Made by a program: the position numbers and the translations under genes. From Paragordius varius (Eukaryota > Animalia > Nematomorpha), in contig OZ176050.1 of NCBI GenBank assembly GCA_964247055.1, forward strand, positions 310,001 through 374,000: 64,000 bases of DNA, given 5' to 3'. Position 1 is the first letter of the stretch. Each line of letters starts with the position of its first letter. A model generated the notes under the pieces. The model was given only the letters and a program-made list of their open reading frames with translations, was not told the origin of the DNA and ran no database searches. This document shows positions 26,040-38,900 of the stretch, in pieces.

Positions 26040-29000
26040 ATTTTTATTTTTAAAATCGTATAAAATAAATTTTTTAAATATTTAAAAAATTCATAAAAAT
26101 TACATTTATACTCCGATCTCGAAAATATTTGAGGTGATAATGGAACTACCATAGGGCTACCCAAAAAAAATTATGGTGACATCACCTGATCAAATTTGGA
26201 TTTTAGGTACCCATTTATATTTTTAAAATCGTATAAAATAAATTTTTTAAATATTTAAAAAATTCAAAAAAATTACATTTAAAGTCCGATCTCAAAAATA
26301 TTTGGGGATATGATGGAACTACCATAGGGCTACCCAAAAAAAATTATGGCGACATCACCTGATCAAATTTGGATTTTAGGTAGCCATTTTTATTTTTAAA
26401 ATCGTATAAAATAAATTTTTTAAATATTTAAAAAATTCAAAAAAATTACATTTAAAGTCCGATCTCAAAAATATTTGGGGATATGATGGAACTACCATAG
26501 GGCTACCCAAAAAAAATTATGGCGACATCACCTGATCAAATTTGGATTTTAGGTAGCCATTTTTATTTTTAAAATCGTATAAAATAAATTTTTTAAATAT
26601 TTAAAAAATTCAAAAAAATTACATTTAAAGTCCGATCTCAAAAATATTTGGGGTTATGATGGAACTACCATAGGGCTACCCAAAAAAAATTATGGCGACA
26701 TCACCTGATCAAATTTGGATTTTAGGTAGCCATTTTTATTTTTAAAATCGTATAAAATAAATTTTTTAAATATTTAAAAAATTCATAAAAATTACATTTA
26801 TACTCCGATCTCGAAAATATTTGGGGTGATGATGGAACTAACATAGGGCTACCCAAAAAAAATTATGGTGACATCACCTGATCAAATTTGGATTTTAGGT
26901 AGCCATTTTTATTTTTAAAATCGTATAAAATAAATTTTTTAAATATTTAAAAAATTCATAAAAATTACATTTATACTCCGATCTCGAAAATATTTGGGGT
27001 GATGATGGAACTGCCATAGGGCTACCCAAAAAAAATTATGGTGACATCACCTGATCAAATTTGGATTTTAGGTAGCCATTTTTATTTTTAAAATCGTATA
27101 AAATAAATTTTTTAAATATTTAAAAAATTCATAAAAATTACATTTATATTCCGATCCCCAAAATATTTGGGGTGATGATGGAACTACCATAGGGCTACCC
27201 AAAAAAATTATAGTGACATCACCTGATCAAATTTGGATTTTAGATAGCCATTTTTATTTTTAAAATCGTATAAAATAAATTTTTTAAATATTTAAAAAAT
27301 TCATAAAAATTACATTTATAGTCCGATCCCCAATTGGGGTGATGATGGAACTACCATAGGGCTACCCAAAAAAAATTATGGTGACATCACCTGATCAAAT
27401 TTGGATTTTAGGTAGCCATTTTTATTTTTAAAATCGTATAAAATAAATTTTTTAAATATTTAAAAAATTCAAAAAAATTACATTTAAAGTCCGATCTCAA
27501 AAATATTTGGGGATATGATGGAACTACCATAGGGCTACCCAAAAAAAATTATGGCGACATCACCTGATCAAATTTGGATTTTAGGTAGCCATTTTTATTT
27601 TTAAAATCGTATAAAATAAATTTTTTAAATATTTAAAAAATTAAAAAAAATTACATTTAAAGTCCGATCTCAAAAATATTTGGGGTTATGATGGAACTAC
27701 CATAGGGCTACCCAAAAAAAATTATGGCGACATCACCTGATCAAATTTGGATTTTAGGTAGCCATTTTTATTTTTAAAATCGTATAAAATAAATTTTTTA
27801 AATATTAAAATTCAAAAAAATTACATTTATACTCCGATCTCGACAATATTTGCGGTGATGATGGAACTACCATAGGGCTACCCAAAAAAAAATATGGTGA
27901 CATCACCTGATCAAATTTGGATTTTAGGTAGCCATTTTTATTTTTAAAATCGTATAAAATAAATTTTTTAAATATTTAAAAAATTCATAAAAATTACATT
28001 TATACTCCGATCTCGAAAATATTTGAGGTGATAATGGAACTACCATAGGGCTACCCAAAAAAAATTATGGTGACATCACCTGATCAAATTTGGATTTTAG
28101 GTACCCATTTATATTTTTAAAATCGTATAAAATAAATTTTTTAAATATTTAAAAAATTCAAAAAAATTACATTTAAAGTCCGATCTCAAAAATATTTGGG
28201 GATATGATGGAACTACCATAGGGCTACCCAAAAAAAATTATGGCGACATCACCTGATCAAATTTGGATTTTAGGTAGCCATTTTTATTTTTAAAATCGTA
28301 TAAAATAAATTTTTTAAATATTTAAAAAATTCAAAAAAATTACATTTAAAGTCCGATCTCAAAAATATTTGGGGATATGATGGAACTACCATAGGGCTAC
28401 CCAAAAAAAATTATGGCGACATCACCTGATCAAATTTGGATTTTAGGTAGCCATTTTTATTTTTAAAATCGTATAAAATAAATTTTTTAAATATTTAAAA
28501 AATTCAAAAAAATTACATTTAAAGTCCGATCTCAAAAATATTTGGGGTTATGATGGAACTACCATAGGGCTACCCAAAAAAAATTATGGTGACATCACCT
28601 GATCAAATTTGGATTTTAGGTAGCCATTTTTATTTTTAAAATCGTATAAAATAAATTTTTTAAATATTTAAAAAATTCATAAAAATTACATTTATACTCC
28701 GATCTCGAAAATATTTGGGGTGATGATGGAACTAACATAGGGCTACCCAAAAAAAATTATGGTGACATCACCTGATCAAATTTGGATTTTAGGTAGCCAT
28801 TTTTATTTTTAAAATCGTATAAAATAAATTTTTTAAATATTTAAAAAATTCATAAAAATTACATTTATACTCCGATCTCGAAAATATTTGGGGTGATGAT
28901 GGAACTGCCATAGGGCTACCCAAAAAAAATTATGGTGACATCACCTGATCAAATTTGGATTTTAGGTAGCCATTTTTATTTTTAAAATCGTATAAAATAA

Positions 29001-29920
29001 ATTTTTTAAATATTTAAAAAATTCATAAAAATTACATTTATATTCCGATCCCCAAAATATTTGGGGTGATGATGGAACTACCATAGGGCTACCCAAAAAA
29101 ATTATAGTGACATCACCTGATCAAATTTGGATTTTAGATAGCCATTTTTATTTTTAAAATCGTATAAAATAAATTTTTTAAATATTTAAAAAATTCATAA
29201 AAATTACATTTATAGTCCGATCCCCAAAATATTTGGGGTGATGATGGAACTACCATAGGGCTACCCAAAAAAAATTATGGTGACATCACCTGATCAAATT
29301 TGGATTTTAGGTAGCCATTTTTATTTTTAAAATCGTATAAAATAAATTTTTTAAATATTTAAAAAATTCAAAAAAATTACATTTAAAGTCCGATCTCAAA
29401 AATATTTGGGGATATGATGGAACTACCATAGGGCTACCCAAAAAAAATTATGGCGACATCACCTGATCAAATTTGGATTTTAGGTAGCCATTTTTATTTT
29501 TAAAATCGTATAAAATAAATTTTTTAAATATTTAAAAAATTAAAAAAAATTACATTTAAAGTCCGATCTCAAAAATATTTGGGGTTATGATGGAACTACC
29601 ATAGGGCTACCCAAAAAAAATTATGGCGACATCACCTGATCAAATTTGGATTTTAGGTAGCCATTTTTATTTTTAAAATCGTATAAAATAAATTTTTTAA
29701 ATATTAAAATTCAAAAAAATTACATTTATACTCCGATCTCGACAATATTTGCGGTGATGATGGAACTACCATAGGGCTACCCAAAAAAAAATATGGTGAC
29801 ATCACCTGATCAAATTTGGATTTTAGGTAGCCATTTTTATTTTTAAAATCGTATAAAATAAATTTTTTAAATATTTAAAAAATTCATAAAAATTACATTT
29901 ATACTCCGATCTCGAAAATA
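26040..29920 (-). repeat. Second 11-monomer tandem duplication (offset 1,894, then 1,899 after a 5-bp deletion in copy 1)
   Basis: gaggtgataa at 26,131/28,025, gtaccc at 26,207/28,101, ctgcc at 27,011/28,905, tagatagcc at 27,241/29,135 and atattaaaattc at 27,802/29,701. Confidence 0.88.
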
Positions 29921-32900
29921 TTTGGGGTGATGATGGAACTACCATAGGGCTACCCAAAAAAAATTATGGTGACATCACCTGATCAAATTTGGATTTTAGG
30001 TAGCCATTTTTATTTTTAAAATCGTATAAAATAAATTTTTTAAATATTAAAAAAATTCAAAAAAACTACATTTATACTCCGATCTCGACAATATTTGGGG
30101 TGATGATGGAACTACCATAGGGCTCAGAAAAAAAATTATGGCGTCATAACCTGATCAAATTTGGATTTTAGGTAGCCATTTTTATTTTTACAATCGTATA
30201 AAATAAATTTTTTAAATATTTAAAAAATTCATAAAAATTACATTTATACTCCGATCTCGACAATATTTGGGGTGATGATGGAACTACCATAGGGCTACCC
30301 AAAAAAAAATATGGTGACATCACCTGATCAAATTTGGATTTTAGGTAGCCATTTTTATTTTTAAAATCGTATAAAATAAATTTTTTAAATATTTAAAAAA
30401 TTCATAAAAATTACATTTATACTCCGATCTCGAAAATATTTGGGGTGATGATGGAACTACCATAGGGCTACCCAAAAAAAATTATGGTGACATCACCTGA
30501 TCAAATTTGGATTTTAGGTAGCCATTTTTATTTTTAAAATCGTATAAAATAAATTTTTTAAATATTAAAAAAATTCAAAAAAACTACATTTATACTCCGA
30601 TCTCGACAATATTTGGGGTGATGATGGAACTACCATAGGGCTCAGAAAAAAAATTATGGCGACATAACCTGATCAGATTTGGATTTTAGGTAGCCATTTT
30701 TATTTTTACAATCGTATAAAATAAATTTTTTAAATATTTAAAAAATTCATAAAAATTACATTTATACTCCGATCTCGACAATATTTGGGGTGATGATGGA
30801 ACTACCATAGGGCTACCCAAAAAAAAATATGGTGACATCACCTGATCAAATTTGGATTTTAGGTAGCCATTTTTATTTTTAAAATCGTATAAAATAAATT
30901 TTTTAAATATTTAAAAAATTCATAAAAATTACATTTATACTCCGATCTCGAAAATATTTGGGGTGATGATGGAACTACCATAGGGCTACCCAAAAAAAAT
31001 TATGGTGACATCACCTGATCAAATTTGGATTTTAGGTAGCCATTTTTATTTTTAAAATCGTATAAAATAAATTTTTTAAATATTAAAAAAATTCAAAAAA
31101 ACTACATTTATACTCCGATCTCGACAATATTTGGGGTGATGATGGAACTACCATAGGGCTCAGAAAAAAAATTATGGCGACATAACCTGATCAAATTTGG
31201 ATTTTAGGTAGCCATTTTTATTTTTACAATCGTATAAAATAAATTTTTTAAATATTTAAAAAATTCATAAAAATTACATTTATACTCCGATCTCGAAAAT
31301 ATTTGGGGTGATGATGGAACTACCATAGGGCTACCCAAAAAAAATTATGGTAACATCAGCTGATCAAATTTGGATTTTAGGTAGCCATTTTTATTTTTAA
31401 AATCGTATAAAATAAATTTTTTAAATATTTAAAAAATTCATAAAAATTACATTTATACTCCGATCTCGAAAATATTTGGGGTGATGATGGAACTACCATA
31501 GGGCTACCCAAAAAAATTATAGTGACATCACCTGATCAAATTTGGATTTTAGGTAGCCATTTTTATTTTTAAAATCGTATAAAATAAATTTTTTAAATAT
31601 ATAAAAAATTCCTAAAAATTACATTTATACTCCGATCTCGAAAATATTTGGGGTGATGATGGAACTACCATAGGGCTACCCAAAAAAATTATAGTGACAT
31701 CACCTGATCAAATTTGGATTTTAGGTAGCCATTTTTATTTTTAAAATCGTATAAAATAAATTTTTTAAATATTTAAAAAATTCCTAAAAATTACATTTAT
31801 AGTCCGATCCCCAAAATATTTGGGGTGATGATGGAACTACCATAGGGCTACCCAAAAAAATTATAGTGACATCACCTGATCAAATTTGGATTTTAGGTAG
31901 CCATTTTTATTTTTAAAATCGTATAAAATAAATTTTTTAAATATTTAAAAAATTCATAGAAATTACATTTATACTCCGATCTCGGAAATATTTCGGGTGA
32001 TGATGGAATTACCATAGGGCTACCCAAAAAAAATTATGGTGACATCACCTGATCAAATTTAGATTTTAGGTAGCCATTTTTATTTTTAATATCGTATAAA
32101 ATAAATTTTTTCAATATTTAAAAAATTCATAAAAATTACATTTATAGTCCGATCTCGACAATATTTAGGGTGATGATGGAACTATCATAGGCCTACCTAA
32201 AAAAATTATGGCGACATCACCTGATCAAATATGGATTTTAGGTAGCCATTTTTATTTTTAAAATCGTATAAAATAAATTTTTTAAATATTTAAAAAATTC
32301 AAAAAAATTACATTTAAAGTCCGATCTCAAAAATATTTGGGGATATGATGGAACTACCATAGGGCTACCCAAAAAAAATTATGGCGACATCACCTGATCA
32401 AATTTGGATTTTAGGTAGCCATTTTTATTTTTAAAATCGTATAAAATAAATTTTTTAAATATTTAAAAAATTCAAAAAAATTACATTTAAAGTCCGATCT
32501 CAAAAATATTTGGGGTGATGATGGATACCATAGGGCTACCCAAAAAAAATTATGGTGACATCACCTGATCAAATTTGGATTTTAGGTAGCCATTTTTATT
32601 TTTAAAATCGTATAAAATAAATTTTTTAAATATTTAAAAAATTCATAAAAATTACATTTATAGTCCGATCTCGAAAATATTTGGGGTGATGATGGAACTA
32701 CCATAGGGCTACCCAAAAAAATTATAGTGACATCACCTGATCAAATTTGGATTTTAGGTAGCCATTTTTATTTTTAAAATCGTATAAAATAAATTTTTTA
32801 AATATTTAAAAAATTCCTAAAAATTACATTTATAGTCCGATCCCCAAAATATTTGGGGTGATGATGGAACTACCATAGGGCTACCCAAAAAAAATTATGG

Positions 32901-35900
32901 TCACATCACCTGATCAAATTTGGATTTTAGGTAGCCATTTTTATTTTTAAAATCGTATAAAATAAATTTTTTAAATATTTAAAAAATTCATAAAAATTAC
33001 ATTTATACTCCGATCTCGAAAATATTTGGGGTGATGATGGAACTACCATAGGGCTACCCAAAAAAATTATAGTGACATCACCTGATCAAATTTGGATTTT
33101 AGGTAGCCATTTTTATTTTTAAAATCGTATAAAATAAATTTTTTAAAAATTTAAAAAATTCATAAAAATTACATTTATACTCCGATCTCGGAAATATTTG
33201 GGGTGATGATGGAACTACCATAGGGCTACCCAAAAAAAATTATGGTGACATCACCTGATCAAATTTGGATTTTAGGTAGCCATTTATATTTTTAAAATCG
33301 TATAAAATAAATTTTTTAAATATTTAAAAAATTCAAAAAAATTACATTTAAAGTCCGATCTCAAAAATATTTGGGGTTATGATGGAACTACCATAGGGCT
33401 ACCCAAAAAAAATTATGGCGACATCACCTTATCAAATTTGGATTTTAGGTAGCCATTTTTATTTTTAAAATCGTATAAAATAAATTTTTTAAATATTTAA
33501 AAAATTCATAAAAATTACATTTATACTCCGATCTCGGAAATATTTCGGGTGATGATGGAATTACCATAGGGCTACCCAAAAAAAATTATGGTGACATCAC
33601 CTGATCAAATTTAGATTTTAGGTAGCCATTTTTATTTTTAATATCGTATAAAATAAATTTTTTCAATATTTAAAAAATTCATAAAAATTACATTTATAGT
33701 CCGATCTCGACAATATTTAGGGTGATGATGGAACTATCATAGGCCTACCTAAAAAAATTATGGCGACATCACCTGATCAAATATGGATTTTAGGTAGCCA
33801 TTTTTATTTTTAAAATCGTATAAAATAAATTTTTTAAATATTTAAAAAATTCATAAAAATTACATTTATAGTCCGATCTCGAAAATATTTGGGGTGATGA
33901 TGGAACTACCATAGGGCTACCCAAAAAAATTATAGTGACATCACCTGATCAAATTTGGATTTTAGGTAGCCATTTTTATTTTTAAAATCGTATAAAATAA
34001 ATTTTTTAAATATTTAAAAAATTCCTAAAAATTACATTTATAGTCCGATCCCCAAAATATTTGGGGTGATGATGGAACTACCATAGGGCTACCCAAAAAA
34101 AATTATGGTCACATCACCTGATCAAATTTGGATTTTAGGTAGCCATTTTTATTTTTAAAATCGTATAAAATAAATTTTTTAAATATTTAAAAAATTCATA
34201 AAAATTACATTTATACTCCGATCTCGAAAATATTTGGGGTGATGATGGAACTACCATAGGGCTACCCAAAAAAATTATAGTGACATCACCTGATCAAATT
34301 TGGATTTTAGGTAGCCATTTTTATTTTTAAAATCGTATAAAATAAATTTTTTAAATATTTAAAAAATTCCTAAAAATTACATTTATACTCCGATCTCGAA
34401 AATATTTGGGGTGATGATGGAACTACCATAGGGCTACCCAAAAAAATTATAGTGACATCACCTGATCAAATTTGGATTTTAGGTAGCCATTTTTATTTTT
34501 AAAATCGTATAAAATAAATTTTTTAAATATTTAAAAAATTCCTAAAAATTACATTTATAGTCCGATCCCCAAAATATTTGGGGTGATGATGGAACTACCA
34601 TAGGGCTACCCAAAAAAATTATAGTGACATCACCTGATCAAATTTGGATTTTAGGTAGCCATTTTTATTTTTAAAATCGTATAAAATAAATTTTTTAAAA
34701 ATTTAAAAAATTCATAAAAATTACATTTATACTCCGATCTCGGAAATATTTGGGGTGATGATGGAACTACCATAGGGCTACCCAAAAAAAATTATGGTGA
34801 CATCACCTGATCAAATTTGGATTTTAGGTAGCCATTTATATTTTTAAAATCGTATAAAATAAATTTTTTAAATATTTAAAAAATTCAAAAAAATTACATT
34901 TAAAGTCCGATCTCAAAAATATTTGGGGTTATGATGGAACTACCATAGGGCTACCCAAAAACAATTATGGCGACATCACCTTATCAAATTTGGATTTTAG
35001 GTAGCCATTTTTATTTTTAAAATCGTATAAAATAAATTTTTTAAATATTTAAAAAATTCATAAAAATTACATTTATACTCCGATCTCGGAAATATTTCGG
35101 GTGATGATGGAATTACCATAGGGCTACCCAAAAAAAATTATGGTGACATCACCTGATCAAATTTAGATTTTAGGTAGCCATTTTTATTTTTAATATCGTA
35201 TAAAATAAATTTTTTCAATATTTAAAAAATTCATAAAAATTACATTTATAGTCCGATCTCGACAATATTTAGGGTGATGATGGAACTATCATAGGCCTAC
35301 CTAAAAAAATTATGGCGACATCACCTGATCAAATATGGATTTTAGGTAGCCATTTTTATTTTTAAAATCGTATAAAATAAATTTTTTAAATATTTAAAAA
35401 ATTCAAAAAAATTACATTTAAAGTCCGATCTCAAAAATATTTGGGGATATGATGGAACTACCATAGGGCTACCCAAAAAAAATTATGGCGACATCACCTG
35501 ATCAAATTTGGATTTTAGGTAGCCATTTTTATTTTTAAAATCGTATAAAATAAATTTTTTAAATATTTAAAAAATTCAAAAAAATTACATTTAAAGTCCG
35601 ATCTCAAAAATATTTGGGGTGATGATGGATACCATAGGGCTACCCAAAAAAAATTATGGTGACATCACCTGATCAAATTTGGATTTTAGGTAGCCATTTT
35701 TATTTTTAAAATCGTATAAAATAAATTTTTTAAATATTTAAAAAATTCATAAAAATTACATTTATAGTCCGATCTCGAAAATATTTGGGGTGATGATGGA
35801 ACTACCATAGGGCTACCCAAAAAAATTATAGTGACATCACCTGATCAAATTTGGATTTTAGGTAGCCATTTTTATTTTTAAAATCGTATAAAATAAATTT

Positions 35901-38900
35901 TTTAAATATTTAAAAAATTCCTAAAAATTACATTTATAGTCCGATCCCCAAAATATTTGGGGTGATGATGGAACTACCATAGGGCTACCCAAAAAAAATT
36001 ATGGTCACATCACCTGATCAAATTTGGATTTTAGGTAGCCATTTTTATTTTTAAAATCGTATAAAATAAATTTTTTAAATATTTAAAAAATTCATAAAAA
36101 TTACATTTATACTCCGATCTCGAAAATATTTGGGGTGATGATGGAACTACCATAGGGCTACCCAAAAAAATTATAGTGACATCACCTGATCAAATTTGGA
36201 TTTTAGGTAGCCATTTTTATTTTTAAAATCGTATAAAATAAATTTTTTAAATATTTAAAAAATTCCTAAAAATTACATTTATATCCCGATCTCGAAAATA
36301 TTTGGGGTGATGATGGAACTACCATAGGGCTACCCAAAAAAATTATAGTGACATCACCTGATCAAATTTGGATTTTAGGTAGCCATTTTTATTTTTAAAA
36401 TCGTATAAAATAAATTTTTTAAATATTTAAAAAATTCCTAAAAATTACATTTATAGTCCGATCCCCAAAATATTTGGGGTGATGATGGAACTACCATAGG
36501 GCTACCCAAAAAAATTATAGTGACATCACCTGATCAAATTTGGATTTTAGGTAGCCATTTTTATTTTTAAAATCGTATAAAATAAATTTTTTAAAAATTT
36601 AAAAAATTCATAAAAATTACATTTATACTCCGATCTCGGAAATATTTGGGGTGATGATGGAACTACCATAGGGCTACCCAAAAAAAATTATGGTGACATC
36701 ACCTGATCAAATTTGGATTTTAGGTAGCCATTTATATTTTTAAAATCGTATAAAATAAATTTTTTAAATATTTAAAAAATTCAAAAAAATTACATTTAAA
36801 GTCCGATCTCAAAAATATTTGGGGTTATGATGGAACTACCATAGGGCTACCCAAAAAAAATTATGGCGACATCACCTTATCAAATTTGGATTTTAGGTAG
36901 CCATTTTTATTTTTAAAATCGTATAAAATAAATTTTTTAAATATTTAAAAAATTCATAAAAATTACATTTATAGTCCGATCCCCAAAATATTTGGGGTGA
37001 TGATGGAACTACCATAGGGCTACCCAAAAAAAATTATGGTGACATCACCTGATCAAATTTGGATTTTAGGTAGCCATTTTTATTTTTAAAATCGTATAAA
37101 ATAAATTTTTTAAATATTTAAAAAATTCATAAAAATTACATTTATACTCCGATCTCGAAAATATTTGGGGTGATGATGGATACCATAGGGCTACCCAAAA
37201 AAAATTATGGTGACATCACCTGATCAAATTTGGATTTTAGGTAGCCATTTTTATTTTTAAAATCGTATAAAATAAATTTTTTAAATATTTAAAAAATTCA
37301 TAAAAATTACATTTATAGTCCGATCTCGAAAATATTTGGGGTGATGATGGAACTACCATAGGGCTACCCAAAAAAATTATAGTGACATCACCTGATCAAA
37401 TTTGGATTTTAGGTAGCCATTTTTATTTTTAAAATCGTATAAAATAAATTTTTTAAATATTTAAAAAATTCCTAAAAATTACATTTATAGTCCGATCCCC
37501 AAAATATTTGGGGTGATGATGGAACTACCATAGGGCTACCCAAAAAAAATTATGGTCACATCAGCTGATCAAATTTGGATTTTAGGTAGCCATTTTTATT
37601 TTTAAAATCGTATAAAATAAATTTTTTAAATATTTAAAAAATTCATAAAAATTACATTTATATTCCGATCCCCAAAATATTTGGGGTGATGATGGAACTA
37701 CCATAGGGCTACCCAAAAAAATTATAGTGACATCACCTGATCAAATTTGGATTTTAGGTAGCCATTTTTATTTTTAAAATCGTATAAAATAAATTTTTTA
37801 AATATTTAAAAAATTCCTAAAAATTACATTTATAGTCCGATCCCCAAAATATTTGGGGTGATGATGGAACTACCATAGGGCTACCCAAAAAAATTATAGT
37901 GACATCACCTGATCAAATTTGGATTTTAGGTAGCCATTTTTATTTTTAAAATCGTATAAAATAAATTTTTTAAAAATTTAAAAAATTCATAAAAATTACA
38001 TTTATACTCCGATCTCGGAAATATTTGGGGTGATGATGGAACTACCATAGGGCTACCCAAAAAAAATTATGGTGACATCACCTGATCAAATTTGGATTTT
38101 AGGTAGCCATTTATATTTTTAAAATCGTATAAAATAAATTTTTTAAATATTTAAAAAATTCAAAAAAATTACATTTAAAGTCCGATCTCAAAAATATTTG
38201 GGGTTATGATGGAACTACCATAGGGCTACCCAAAAAAAATTATGGCGACATCACCTTATCAAATTTGGATTTTAGGTAGCCATTTTTATTTTTAAAATCG
38301 TATAAAATAAATTTTTTAAATATTTAAAAAATTCATAAAAATTACATTTATAGTCCGATCTCGAAAATATTTGGGGTGATGATGGAACTACCATAGGGCT
38401 ACCCAAAAAAATTATAGTGACATCACCTGATCAAATTTGGATTTTAGGTAGCCATTTTTATTTTTAAAATCGTATAAAATAAATTTTTTAAATATTTAAA
38501 AAATTCCTAAAAATTACATTTATAGTCCGATCCCCAAAATATTTGGGGTGATGATGGAACTACCATAGGGCTACCCAAAAAAAATTATGGTCACATCACC
38601 TGATCAAATTTGGATTTTAGGTAGCCATTTTTATTTTTAAAATCGTATAAAATAAATTTTTTAAATATTTAAAAAATTCATAAAAATTACATTTATACTC
38701 CGATCTCGAAAATATTTGGGGTGATGATGGAACTACCATAGGGCTACCCAAAAAAATTATAGTGACATCACCTGATCAAATTTGGATTTTAGGTAGCCAT
38801 TTTTATTTTTAAAATCGTATAAAATAAATTTTTTAAATATTTAAAAAATTCCTAAAAATTACATTTATACTCCGATCTCGAAAATATTTGGGGTGATGAT

